Source: the human T2T-CHM13v2.0 reference genome, Homo sapiens
Length of the DNA stretch: 64,000 nucleotides
Direction: 5' to 3' (one strand)
NCBI RefSeq assembly: GCF_009914755.1
Contig: NC_060933.1
Below the pieces are notes generated by a model that saw nothing but the letters and a program-made list of their open reading frames with translations, had not been told where the DNA came from and made no database searches. Positions within the stretch are counted from its first letter, which is position 1. Each line of letters opens with the position of its first letter. Of this stretch, positions 1 to 12,819 are shown piece after piece. A program made the position numbers and the translations under genes.

Positions 1-264
1 CTCTCCAGTGCCTATCATTCCAGAGGTGTCAGGCAAAGCCAAGAAAAGAATCCACCCGTTCAATCTCCACATAGACAAGGTGCAAAGGTTACTAAACGGT
101 CTATAGTAATCAAAGTACTCATTTCAAAGACTTGTGCTCAAGTCTGTGCTGCACAGCAAACAGTAGTTGGCTAAGAGGAGCAAGTGAAGAACACTTATCA
201 GGCACCAGCTTGTGTCAGCAATTGACCCAAATCTCACATCACACCACAAGGCAGGAGTCAGAGC

Positions 265-355
265 CCATTTCACAGACGAGGACCCTGAGAGGCTAAATGC
301 CTCTCCCAAGTGGGAAGAGCTAGCACTGGACACAGGTGGTCTGACTCAAATCCAG
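265..355 (-). mobile_element. MIR SINE fragment
   Basis: cccatttcacagacgaggaccctgagaggctaa...ctgactc resembles the reverse-complemented MIR core. Confidence 0.6.
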
Positions 356-479
356 CCCTGTGGGTGACCTGGGGATAAATCACACCACAGACAAGTCATT
401 TGAGTGCCCTTCCAGCCAGTAGTGACAATGTTATTTGCCTTTTAGGCAAATCAGAGTATGCTGTGGTCACTTTGCCTCT

Positions 480-915
480 TGGTATTTGCTCCTGCACTGA
501 ATTGAGGCTGGCCTACTGTGATAAATTGCATGTGGCAGGATCATGTTGTGTGACCTCCAAGGCTGGGTCATAAAAGGTCTTGCAGCCCCCACCTTGGTCT
601 CTTGGATCACTTACTCTGGGGAGGCTAGCCGCCATGTCATAAGGACATTCAAGTAGCTCTGTGGAGAGGTTCACAAGGAGAGGAGAGGGGCCCTCATGCA
701 GCAGCCAGCATCAATGTGCCAGCCACGTGAGCAAGTCACATTGGAAGTGGATCCTCAGCCCCAGATGAGTCTTCAGATGAGCCACATCCCCAACTGACAT
801 CCAACTGCAATTGCATGAGCCAGATCCTGAGACAGAAGCACCCAGCCAAGCTGATCCCAAATTCCTAACCTGTAGACACTGTTTACGGGTGACTTTTTGC
901 ATGGCAATAGATCAT
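480..915 (+). mobile_element. MaLR solo LTR, MLT1F/G/H-like
   Basis: Diagnostic MLT1 segments gccagccacgtgag, ggaagtggatcctcagccccag, cccagccaagctg...aattcctaacc, and the end gcaatagat. Confidence 0.8.
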
Positions 916-1194
916 CAATGCCCATATAAATCTCTTCACCCTATTTCCATGTATTAAAGAGAGTGATGCTAGTAGGACGTGGCACCATCTCTGGCAGTAA
1001 AAAATAAGTAAGTAACACTACCTGCTCCACCAGTCGATGACAGAGTAGCAGGACCCCAAGGAGCTCAGCAGCTCCCAACTTTTGGTGTTACCATCCTCCA
1101 GGTGTTAAAGAGCCCATGGTTAGGACCCACAAAAGCCCTGTGTATTCTGATAGCCTTATGTATACATCACGAAAAGAGGTACCATCCTCAATTC

Positions 1195-2160
1195 CTCTCT
1201 TCCTCTTATATCCCAAAATATACCTCAACAGAACCTGCTACAGCCACCTTCAAACCTATCCCAAATTGACCTGCTTTTCTCCATCTTAAAACCACACCCA
1301 TGGACAACCCATGGGTTGTCTCTCCCATGGACAACTGCAGCAGCCTCCTAAAAGGCACCCAGGCTTCCTCTCTGGCTCCATACAGCAGCCAGAAGGGCCT
1401 AACATAAATTCCATCCTAGCACTCCTCCCTCAGGCGCTCCTGTGGGCTCCTGTTACCTGGAGAGTAAAATCCACTGCTTTCCCTGGCCTTCAGAGTGCAC
1501 CCCAGCTGGACCTGCCACCAGACCTTTCCCCTGGCAGTCCTTCTTTCTGGAGCATTCTTCCCGTGGATTTTATCTGGCTTCTTTCCTTCATTTCTCCTCA
1601 CCTCATGGTCACCTGACCACCTTTCCTAAAGAAGCTACCTGATGACTCCTTTGCGTCTCCCTGTACTGATTGTCTCAGTCGGCTCAGGCTGCCACAACAA
1701 AACCCTGGAGGCCGGAAGTCCAAGACCAAGGTTCTGGCAGGGTTGGTTCTGGTGAGGGCTCTCTTCCTGGCTTGCAGATGGCTGCCTTCTTACTGTGTAC
1801 TCACACAGGGGAAAGGGAGAAAGGGGGCGAGTGCTGGTGTCTCTTCCTCTTTCTATAAGGGCACCAGTCCTGTGGGATCAGGTCCCACCCTTACAACCTC
1901 ATTCCACCATTGTCACCTCCTCACAAGTCCTGTCTCCAAATGCAGTCACACTGGGGATTATGGCTTTGACATATGAGTGAGGGGGGTAGCAAACATTCTG
2001 CCCATAGCACTTGTCTTCTGCATTGCCTTTTACATCGCTATTTTTCACTGTTTTAGTCATTTATGGATTTGCCTCTCTACCCCACCTACCTTAACATCCC
2101 CAGTGTCAAAAGCTGTTCCTGGCATGCTGTAGGTAGCCAGTAAACATGGGGTGGGTGCAC
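1195..2160 (+). mobile_element. L2 3' region, interrupted by an MLT1A LTR
   Basis: ggacaactgcagcagcctcctaa...cagcagccaga and the L2 tail cctggcatgctgtaggtagccagtaaa. Confidence 0.6.
1670..2009 (-). mobile_element. MaLR solo LTR, MLT1A-like
   Basis: tgtctcagtc...caggctgccacaac; ggaagtccaagaccaagg; ends aaacattctgcccatagca. Confidence 0.85.
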
Positions 2161-2427
2161 GAGTGATGAGTATGTGAAGCTGGAGAGAATTGCACATGGC
2201 TGAGATATCAGAAAGACAGAAGCGAGTTCCTGCATGTATTGAGCGGCGGGGTGAAGGGGCTCTTTATATTGATTTGCATCCTCCTCTTGGTCTTAATACT
2301 GATAGAAATTTATGCAATCAATGGGCAGCTTATATTTGTGTACTGCTTAGGATTCACAAAGCTTCTAACGCACATGGCCTCGTTTGCTCCCTGCAACATT
2401 CTGAGATACAGTGAGAGTCAGCACCCC

Positions 2428-2921
2428 TGTAACAGCTATTATTGCAAAGAAGACCATCCCCAAATTTGCTAGCTTCAAACAACCACTTATTTAGCTCATG
2501 ATTCAGCTGATCAGCAATTTCGACTGAAAGCAGCCAGGCGGTTACTGTGGTTTGGGCTGTGCTCCCTCATGTCGCACCTGTCTGGGAAGCTGGGGGTCAG
2601 CGAGAGGGTGTGCTTTGGTGACGTGGCTCACAGTCAGCTGGGACGCCTCTGCTCTCCTCCACACACCGTCTCTCTCCCAGCAGGCCAGCCCAGACTTGTT
2701 TGCAGGCAGAGACCAAGGAGTGAGAGCTGGCAAAGGGCACCAGGTTCAGGAGGCCCAGCTCAGAACTATGCATCCTGTTAGACAAAGTGAGCCATGAAGC
2801 ATCCCATCTCAAGGGGTGGGAAGTTAGACTCTGCCTCTTAACAGGAGGAGCTGAAGAGTCACACGGGAAAGGACGCAAGGAAGGGATGGAAAGTGGGGAC
2901 ATTTTTGCAATCAATCCATCA
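2428..2921 (-). mobile_element. MaLR LTR, old MLT1 (H/I/J-like)
   Basis: ctattattgc...ccccaaatt...gcttcaaacaaccacttatttagctcatgattc; ends atttttgcaatcaatccatca. Confidence 0.65.
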
Positions 2922-2924
2922 TGT

Positions 2925-3020
2925 TCACATTTTACAAAAAGAGAGACTCAGAAAATGTAATGACTTGCCCAAGGTCACAGTGCTCAAAGACCTGAACTTG
3001 GATTGCCTGCCCCCGAACTC
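2925..3020 (-). mobile_element. MIR fragment
   Basis: cattttacaaaaa...tgacttgcccaaggtcacag. Confidence 0.7.
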
Positions 3021-3594
3021 ACTGCTCAGTTCTCAGTGAGCAGTTCTGAGGGTGCAGCAAGCTCTCTCTAATGTTAGTTGCTGACTTTCTTCACCAACCT
3101 GCTGATGTTAAGAACCTTCCCCCATACCACTTCATCCAAGGTTTATGGCAATGATTTTGTACCCTCATGCAAATGCTGTACACTGTACACTGTACACTGC
3201 ACTGACCGCATCCCAACAACAGAGGCTGTCTCTTCTTTCTCTAAAAACGCTCAGCTTAGATTTAAGTATCGATGCCAAATGAGGAGTGCCATGCTTTGGG
3301 CTTAAACACAACTGTCCTCATGAAGGTTCAGGCAGGCTTTTTGCTCTTCTTTGGTGACATTTGATTGACACCCTGAGCATACCTTCGAACTGTGTAGGTG
3401 GCGACCGTGAAAAGTGCAGGGCTGGTGGATATAAAGAGAGTGGGTGACAAGCCCGAAAGTCCACACTCTCTTAGAGTGCAAACAAAAACAGAAACAATGA
3501 TTAGAGGCTGACTCACCCACTGCGTGGCTCCATTAGAAATTTCCAGTGCAGTTACTTAGGCAGCAAATCACACTCAAAAGACTAGATGCTGAAA

Positions 3595-3778
3595 GGATAG
3601 ATTTTTTAACATACTCTCCACAAAAAATATATATATAAAAGTTGGTGAGATGACGGATATGTTAATCAGCTTGATTTGACCTTTCTACAATGTATACATG
3701 GATGAAAACATCACATTGTGCCACATAAATATGCACAATTCTTATTTGTGAATTAAAAATATATTAATTAATTTTTAA
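3595..3778 (+). mobile_element. L1MA-type 3' end
   Basis: ggatatgttaatcagcttgatt...aaacatcacattgtgccacataaatatgcacaatt matches the L1MA terminal 3' UTR. Confidence 0.75.
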
Positions 3779-4008
3779 AAACCCAAATGCCTTACCTGGT
3801 AGGAAGGATTTGAGACTGCCTTTTCCTGTTTTTAGCCAATTAGAAAAAGATTAAAATATAATGCATTACATTTACTAAAAATGGCAATTAAAAACCATCA
3901 TTAACAAGTGTTTAAATCAAATAGTGCATGATGATGAAAGAACAATTAGTGCACAATTCTGTCAAGTTCTTTCTCTCATAGAAAACAGGATAGCTGAGTA
4001 ATTTAGAT

Positions 4009-4231
4009 CAGGGGTTGGCAAACCATATCTTGGAGCCAAATCCAACCTGCCGCCTATTTTTGTAAATAAAGTTTTATGCGAACACAGCCTCACTCATTCA
4101 TTCATGATTTGTCTATTTCTGCCTTCATTCTACACCAACAGAATTGGGTAGTGGGAATGCAGGCCCTATGACCTTCAAAGCCTAAATTATTTACTCTTTC
4201 GCCCTGTACAGACAAAGTTTGCTGGGAACTG
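4009..4231 (+). mobile_element. MER58A hAT-Charlie non-autonomous DNA transposon
   Basis: Termini caggggttggcaaac / gtttgctgggaactg; internal tttttgtaaataaagtttta and aaagcctaaattatttact. Confidence 0.85.
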
Positions 4232-4892
4232 GTCTACTTCCTGGAATACCAAGTTCTGTAAAGGTCCTGGGATATGGAGGATAGGGAGAGGGTGGCCAGT
4301 CCATCGGTCTGCATGGTACATGAGGCAAGTGTGACATGCTATCCTCCAGGTGCATGGAGCAGTGTGTGCTCCCAGGGAGAGTTTGCTGAATTGAACAGCA
4401 TAGAATCAAGATCCAGCTGATCCCCAGGTTGGAGAACATGCAGAATGTGCCCCTTCTCAATCCAATTAGCTAGAATCTCAGAGAACCAGTTCAACTCAAG
4501 CCCCGACAGTCTGCCTGCAAGCCCAAATTAAAGCAATGGTGCAGTTTGATGCTCCTGTTTTTGCTAGGGCACCTCTGAACCAGAATTACTCCTTGAGTCA
4601 CGAACTGCCCCAGATGAGACTCTGTTATGCTCGGGGAGGACCTGAACTGCTAGAGGGTGAAAGAATCAGGCAGGTCGACCCTTTGGAAACTCAGTTTGCC
4701 CCCAAGGCTACACCCAAAGTGGTCACAACCTAAGTTCAGGCACAAACGGTTCCCTGGTTCCAGACATGCCCATGCTGTTGGGGTTGCTGCTGTCCCTGAT
4801 GTATGCTTGTGTCTGAAAAGGCCAGAGAGGGACCAGGGGCCCCTCTCAGGCTTGATTTATACAACGGCTCACATCAATCTGGATGATCTTGG

Positions 4893-5389
4893 TGAGACAG
4901 GAGAATAGGGAATTAGGGCAACCAAGTGTTAAGTCATAAGCAAAGGAAAGGCGGGTGGAGCCAGTTCTGGGCAGGATTCGGCAGTGTGTGGACCACATCT
5001 TCACTCCTGTATTGACAGAAGTTTCCACTTCAGCCTCTGACCATGGGCAGGGTCTCCACTTCAGCCTCTGATTGGTCTCAGGCCAATCCTTCATGGGGTG
5101 CAACCAATTGGAGGCGTCTAAAGAGCACCTAGGGGTGTTGCCAGATTTTTTTGGCTTAATAAAAACCCTAATTGGGGGATACTCTTGAGCTGCTTGCTGG
5201 AGCCTGCTCCCACTCTGTGAACTGTACTTTCACTGCACTAAATCTGTGCTTTTGTCACTTCTTTCTTTTGTTGTTTTGTTTTTCATTGCTTCGTTCTTTT
5301 GTTGCTCTGCTTGTGCATTTTGCTGAGTTCTTTGTTCAACACGCCAAGAACCTGGACAACTCACAGTCAAGACCTTCCATCCAGTAACA
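4893..5389 (+). mobile_element. ERV1-class solo LTR (MER66-like)
   Basis: TG...CA termini (tgagacaggagaataggg ... ccagtaaca), 4-bp TSD ttgg/ctgg, CCAAT boxes, internal repeat tccacttcagcctctga (5024-5040, 5055-5071). Confidence 0.8.
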
Positions 5390-5879
5390 CTGGGGCTGTC
5401 ACTATGGCTAGTGCAGCTTAAGAGCCACCCCCTGCTTTTGTTCAACATGAGCTAATCCCATCACCTCCCAAGCCTCTGGGTCTGCAAGCTGGGAGTAGAA
5501 CTGGACTGCCTGCACAAAAGTGTTAGCAGCTCAGGGCCAGAACCCTTTAGACTGTCCCCATGGAGCTGCCCAGGTGATGAAAACAGAACTGGGAGGTAAG
5601 GCTAAGAATACTTTTCCTAGAAGTGAAGCAACTCTGCATTCAGGTCTCTCTACATCTTGCTTGGTGGCATCAGGCTCTTTTCCTTTCTGTTGTCCTCCTT
5701 CCATCCCTCCACCCAATCTCCCTTTCTCTCCATGCACTCAGGGCCCTCACTTCTGGCCTGGACTGTATTAACAAGCCTTTGTGTGTCCAGGAGCCTCTCG
5801 TTCCTCTCCTTGCCTATCCATGCATTCTTCAAACATAAGGACCGTCCCGCCACCACCTAAAGGAGCTCATAGCAGCTCT

Positions 5880-6345
5880 TTGGGAGACATTGGTGGGCAC
5901 ATCCCAGTCTCAAAGGATGAATAATAGGAGTTGGAGTCAAGCATGGGGCCTCTTCCCTTTGCCAGTGATTGAATTAGGTGTGACAGGAAAGACAATTCTG
6001 ATCCAGGAGACATGAGGGGACATCTGCAGAAAGGACCTCTGAGGAAGGTTGTCCTTCCTATTGAGAAGAGGGCAGGGGAAGGGATGGCACTGACCACTTC
6101 ACTTTCCACCACTGTGGCTGGACATGGTGCCTGGACAGTGGCAGGTGGTGTGTAGGAAGGCAGCCCACCACAGACCAACACCAGCATGAGATAGAGAGAC
6201 CTGCATTCTTGATGATATTGGCAGGCTGATGAATTAATTGACTCTGGAATCACACCGACTCCAGAATTTGTTATTTGTGGGAAAATGTACTTTTTTGTTC
6301 ATTTAAGCTATTTTAAATTAATTTGCATGTTATTTGCTTAAACAA
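5880..6345 (+). mobile_element. Old MaLR LTR, MLT1K/L-like
   Basis: gccagtgattg...gagacatgaggggacatctgc...cttgatgatattg...atttaagcta. Confidence 0.55.
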
Positions 6346-6579
6346 GCTTTGAAGTACCTGCCACCAATGAAACACCATCCCTGGACCCAGGGGCCTTCTT
6401 TCCGCTAGGCACACCTGCTCTGACTCTTAGAGGTTCCCTCTCAGTCTTAAACATCCTGGATTCCTTCCCACACTGATGCTAACCTAGGCTCAATTTCAAA
6501 GTCTTCCCATTGGCCTGTATTGTCTCACAATTTCTCCTATCATGTCCAAAGATATTGAAAATTTTATTTAAAACTGAAT

Positions 6580-6826
6580 CACTCTTGCTGGAGGCCAGGA
6601 GTTCAAGACTAGCCTGGAAAACATAGCGAGACCCTATCTCTACAAAAAAAAAATTAAAAAATTATCCAGGCATGGTGGGATGCACCTGTAGTTCCAGCTA
6701 CGCAGGAGGCTGAAATGGGAGGATCCCAGGAGTTCCAGGCTGCAGTGAGCTATGATCACACCACTGCATTCCAGCTTGGGTGACAGAGACCTTTTTTCTA
6801 AAAAAAATAAAAATAAAAAATAAAAA
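6580..6826 (+). mobile_element. AluJ, 5'-truncated
   Basis: gaggccaggagttcaagactagcctgg...gctgcagtgagctatgatcacaccactgca, followed by an A-rich tail. Confidence 0.9.
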
Positions 6827-6834
6827 CTGTCTCA

Positions 6835-8310
6835 CCATACTTCTGCTTCTGGTAATGATGAATTCGGTTATTTGAAGCAAAATTCTTGCTGAGGACACTA
6901 TGAAAGCAGAATAAAATATCAAATCATCAGTCTAAGGGCATCAGAAAACTAAAAATAGAGAATAAAGTAAAGCCAGGATTGTGTAAAGATGGAGATCCCA
7001 ACAGGTGAGCTCAGCATTGGGGCTGCTTTTCCCTGGGGGCATTTTACAGTTTTAAGAGGGCATTTGAGAAGCAGGGCAACAGGTTCAACAGGCTCAGAGA
7101 ACAGTCTCCCAAGTCAAGGAGGGAACAGAGCATGAAGCCAAGGAGAAGTGTGGTAGAGAGGGATACTTTATTTATGTCCAAGGCAGATGGCCATGCAGTC
7201 GTGAAAGAAAAATCTTCTCAATAAGTGGTAGTGGCTTTGCTTCAGATCCATATGGAAATAAGAGAAAATTGCTACCTTATACCACACACACACATTTGCA
7301 GGTCTAAATATGAAAGTCAGAACACATCTTTTGAATAAAAATGTAAAAGAATATCTTCTTGAACATTGGCTAGAGAAAGACTAATTAAACAAGCAGTAAA
7401 ATGCATGACCCATACAAGGAAAAACTTGATAAATTATTCTACAATAATTCTAAGACCCCCTAGTCATTGAAGACACCAGGAAGAAAGAAAAACGTAAGCA
7501 GCAAAGTGGGAGGAGATATTTGTAGTGTGTTTAACTTGAAGAAGATTTCTGCAAATTATTAAGATAATGACAACCATGTAGAAAATGAAACAAGAGACTT
7601 CAAATGACCAATAAAGATATGAATAGGTAATCAAGGAAAATTAAATGAAAATCACCGTGCCCCATGCATCAGAATGGCCAACACAAAAAAGCCTGGCAGC
7701 ACCAAGGCTTTGGTTGAGGTGTAAAGTGATAGAGCCCTACCACCCTGGAAAGGGTTTAAGTCAGTACAACCACTTGGAAAGACTGCTTGGTGTAAATTAT
7801 TAAAACCAAGGTCATGAAGAATGGAGGACCCAGCACATTTACCTCTGGGTATGTCGGTTCCGAACAGCATTGCATGGACAAGTACACCAAGAGGTAAATA
7901 CAATTCTTGTGGCAGCAGTGTTTTCTACAGCCCCTAATTGAAAATGATCCAAATGCAAATCAATAATAAAGATGTATTCCTAGGTATGGAACTACACAAG
8001 AATGATCTACAGCTAAACATCATAGCAAGCCAGATACACCAGAACGCTTGCTGCACAATTTCATTAAGATAAAGATCAAAACCCAGCAAAACTAAGTCAA
8101 CTATTCAGTTGCTAAAGGACAGCAAGGAAATGATTTCTATAAAAGTTGGGATAATTGTTACCTTTCGGGGCAGGTCCTCTGGGAGTGGCAAAGTTATCCT
8201 TTTGACCTGAGTACTGGTTATGCAGGTTTACTTTGTGGATAAATTATCTTGGTCCTGTGTACTTTTCTGGTTGTATTTTATATTTCACCATAAAGAGAAG
8301 ATAAAAGGAA
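6835..8310 (+). mobile_element. Ancient L1ME remnants (5'-end-like piece followed by ORF2-end/3' UTR pieces)
   Basis: cttctgcttctggtaatgatg...gctgaggacactatgaaagcagaataaaat, then A-rich L1-like sequence (cagtacaaccacttggaaag, cccagcacatttacctctgggta). Confidence 0.55.
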
Positions 8311-8689
8311 AATTGACACTCAACCCTCATTCAGTGAAGCCTTTGGGAATAGGCTCTGCCTGGTTTTTTACACTCCATGCCAACATCGACACGAGTGTCT
8401 ACATATAGACGCTGCTGCATTTCCTTCTAGGTGCTGGATCTCATGGCTGATCATGTCTCTGGGTTTGATTTCGGCACACAAAGCTAAGCACTACCTGGAT
8501 GCAACTGCAACCATTCAGGATGCAACTGCAAGCCCTTCTGTGAGACAAACTTACTTTGGGCTTTATTATTTCTTCTACTCCTCATTTTTCTATAAAACTT
8601 CCTCAGTGATTCATTTGATTCTTTCTTGTTATATATACGTATATTGTGATAAGTAATGTTGCTTCAGTTTGTGTAAGTAGCACTGTCTT

Positions 8690-9105
8690 TGCTATCTATT
8701 GTTATTGCAAACAACAGCCCTACAATTTACTGAATTGAAACAATGACAACTGATTATTCCCCATGACTTGGCAATCTGGGCTGAGCTCAGCTGGGCTGGG
8801 TAATAGTGTCTGATGTGGTTGGAACATCCAGGATGGCTTCTTCACTTGGCTGGGAGCTGCCTGGACATCCTTTCTCTCCATGTGGCCATTTTCCCAGATG
8901 GGTAACTGAATTTCCTTACCTGAGGCTCAGCACTGTAAGAGAGGGTGTCCCAGGAATATAAGCCCAACCTGCATGCTCTTATCAAGCCTGGGCCATGCTT
9001 TCTGACATCCACTGGCCAAATCAAGTCAAAAGCCAAGGTCACTGGGAAGGACAGCACAAGGCGGTGAATATCAGGGATCATCAGGGCCACGAAAATAAGC
9101 CCATC
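8690..9105 (-). mobile_element. MaLR LTR, MLT1H/J-like
   Basis: tatctattgttattgcaaac...atctgggctgagctcagctggg...catccaggatggcttcttcac. Confidence 0.7.
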
Positions 9106-10159
9106 ACGGATACATGGGAATAATCAAATGCATATATTCAGGAATGCATAGAGCAATAAAATAACTTGGAAAATATTTCTGTATCTCTGTAAAAGTTTTC
9201 CCTTGTTTGTCAATTTGACCAACAGCTTACTAGTGATCAAACCTCTACCAGTTTTAGCACATGTTCTCCATTTGCAGCATGACTGCTTAGAAAGTTTTCC
9301 CTAAGATTAGGCATTTTTATGAACACTGTGATGCTCATAAACCTCAGAGGTGGGAGATCCAAAATAAGTCTCAGGTCCCAGGGACCTAACATTAAAGGAC
9401 ACAGCTCCTCCAAAAAATGTGCAATGGGCGGAGAATTGAGGTGCCATGGGCTTGCCCAGGGTCTGGGCACTCCAGTCACCTTCCTGGAAGGCTGGCTCTG
9501 ACCTCAACACCTTTCCTGAACTTCTCAGAGCAATCTCCTTGCTGCATTGTCCCCTCAGCCTGCCCCACTACTAGAAATCCCTGTCTTGGTATTTTGGTAT
9601 TTTGAGATGAAAACCACAGAAGACAGTAGGAACTGCTGGGAAATTCACCTGAACAAACAGGACGTGAGAAAGCCCAGAAATAAGGCATCATCCTTAGACG
9701 AGGGGGCCATGCAGTCTGGGGAGGAAAGTGTCTGGACCATTCAAAATCTGGATTGCAAATCTTCCATCACCCCGCAGCTACTTCCTTTGTAACCCTCTGG
9801 AGCACGCTTCCTTCTCCACTTTCCCTCATAAGCATTTCTACATTCAGTGCCTGTAGATGGGGTGGCTGGCCAGGGTTCCAGACTGTTTGCTACTGCTGCT
9901 TCCAAACAGCTACAAGCTGCTGAGTTATTCCTCTTGTTGGTTGTTCGTGGAGCCACCATAAGATACCCACCACAGTCTCTGATCCCTGCCTGCCTGGTTG
10001 AGCTGTTATGCCACATCGTTTCCCTGACTTGGTCTCCATGCAGGGAAAATCATGGCGTCTTATTTAGCCTGTGCCTCAGGACTGATGCTGGCAGAACTGT
10101 TTAAACAACAAATAAATGTGCTTAAAAAGTCCTTTCATTTTGTCAAAAGAAGGGAACTA

Positions 10160-10340
10160 ACAATTTATGAGAGCTTACTATATGCCAGATGCTTTATTTA
10201 TTCCCTGACTTAGTTCTCACAAAAAACACTTGAAAAACATATCATTATACCTATTTTCACAGTCCTGCAAACTGAAGTGCAGAAAGGCCAAGTCAGCGGT
10301 ATGCAAAGGCTCCACAGTCCTGATAGCGCTATAAGAACAC
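10160..10340 (-). mobile_element. MIR fragment
   Basis: atttatgagagcttactatatgccaga...cctattttcacag...aaactgaag. Confidence 0.55.
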
Positions 10341-11116
10341 ACTTGAAAATGTGTTTCTGACAAATGTTCTGATCTGCCTAAAATACTTGAGTTTTTTTGA
10401 AAGGAAGAAACCATTGTTGATCTAATATCTAAGGAAGAAAGTGTTCTGTTTTGTTTTTAAATACTGGGAGCTGGTTTTAGGTAAGAAAGTCCATGTGATA
10501 TTTGGTAAGGATTACTAATCCTTAGAAAGAGACACAATTGGTGTCAATAAATAAGGCCAATAAGAATAACAAAAATAAATGTTGATGCCTATTAGGAAAA
10601 AATAGTCTCGTGACAATGGTTAGGATGAAGCTTCCTGCTGTGTTTACTTAAGGGATTTTCTTCAATTATCTGTGAGGCAAGAAGGCAGAAAACATTGAGT
10701 GAAAACACGAAGCCACTGTTAGTCAAGAATTCTACTGTCTCTCAACAATCAGAAACAAAATTCCCTGGGGAAGCCCTTCCCCATATTAATTAGAAAAGTC
10801 AGGGAGATGAAATTGAGACTAGAATAATAAGATAAGCATGAAGGCATAGGTGGCCCCAGTGTCCTTACAAACACTCCAGAAAATTGTACCCTATGGAACT
10901 GTGCAGAGGTAGGTTTGCAAATCAAACACATGAAATGATGAAATGCTACTAGATATAAGTCAGATTATATGTATTCTTATATTTATGCACTTAATAAGCA
11001 TTTATTGAGCACCTATTATGTGCCAGGTTCTATGTACTTTGAATACAATGATGCTATCCTCTAAGAATGTAAAATAAACTTATAAGTGCTGCAATCATAA
11101 TTACTTAAAATATTGA

Positions 11117-11468
<352 letters not shown>

Positions 11469-12347
11469 AATTATAACCATTCTTATACTTTTGTTTTAAT
11501 TATAAATGGGAGTTTCATAGAAAAATTGCCATTTGGCCTTATTCACCTCAATTCATCACTTCTTGATTAAATTTATCCATCAGGTTTATGTAGCCTTAGC
11601 AAGTACAATAATTCTCCTAATGGGAACTGCTTCAAGTGAAGAAGGAGGAAGCGCTATCTAGGAGGAAGCATTCAGTCTCTGTGATGTATTTGCAAATCCA
11701 TTCCTACTAACAAATAGTGGCTGTAAGAAAGACATCAATGAATACATCTAATCTGTCTTCAGGTTGTTTGTGAAGGACTAGGATAGATGTGGGGGTCCAA
11801 TAAGGTAGAGGGGATCAACTGTACACTAAAACAAGTTATTCCAAATGTAGTCTAAACTTCACAATACCTGGTTTTAACATGATAGCACAAAATCTTTGTT
11901 TTCTTCCTTTCCTTAATTTCTTGGCTATTTTGCCCAACGATATTTCTTTCTGGCAAATCACCCAATGGCAACAAGGAACATAGGGAACAGAAATGAAAAC
12001 TGCATCTCTGATGAGCCTAAAGATGGTTAAACCCGCAAACTCTGACATAAGAGGGAGAATGGCTAAGAGCAAGGTCAAAAGGGATGTCAGAAGACATAGG
12101 GAGGGAAGGCATCAGAAACCTGGGAGAAGGCCTCTCAGGGGAAGTGGTGTGTCTGAGCTTCCAGCCCACCCATCCCTGTGCAACTGGGCAGGAAACAGAA
12201 TGTGAGATGTGCTTTACTATATAACACAGTTTGCTCAGGTACTTAAAAAACTGGTGTGATTTTGGCATCAGAAAAACAAGCCATATTTGAAAACTGCCAA
12301 AGCAAACACACAAGCAAGCAAACAATCCCTATGATCTGGACATTCTT

Positions 12348-12647
12348 TTTTTTTTTTTTTTTTTGAGACAGAGTCTTGCTCTGTCGCCCAGGCTGGAGTG
12401 CAGTGGTGCAATCTCGGCTCACTGCAAGCTCACCACCTCCCGGGTTCACGCCATTCTCCTGCCTCAGCCTCCCAAGTAGCTGGGACTACAGGTGCCTGCC
12501 ACCACACCCGGCCAATATTTTGTATTTTCAGCAGAGAAGGGGTTTCACCATGTTAGCCAGGATGGTCTCGATCTCCCGACCTCGTGATCCGCCTGCCTCG
12601 GCCTCCCAAAGTGCTGGGATTACAGGCGTGAGCCACCGTGCCTGGCC
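12348..12647 (-). mobile_element. AluY, full length
   Basis: AluY diagnostics; perfect 15-bp TSD gatctggacattctt (12333-12347, 12648-12662). Confidence 0.97.
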
Positions 12648-12819
12648 GATCTGGACATTCTTAACCCATATCTTAACCAACTCCTAACTCAAAAAGAAAA
12701 CTAAAACCAAATAGCAGAATGTAGACTATGACCATGATAAAAGCTTGACAAACCAGAACCTATGGGTTATCCCTAAAGAAGTGCTCAGAAGAAATTTTAG
12801 GGCCTGGAATAATGTGCTA

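Noticed and set aside
3176-8531. Short tandem or direct repeats (ctgtaca x3 at 3176-3199; ggatgcaactgcaa x2 at 8497-8531)
   Set aside because: These are ordinary slippage products, with no repeat-spacer array architecture, so they are not CRISPR-like.
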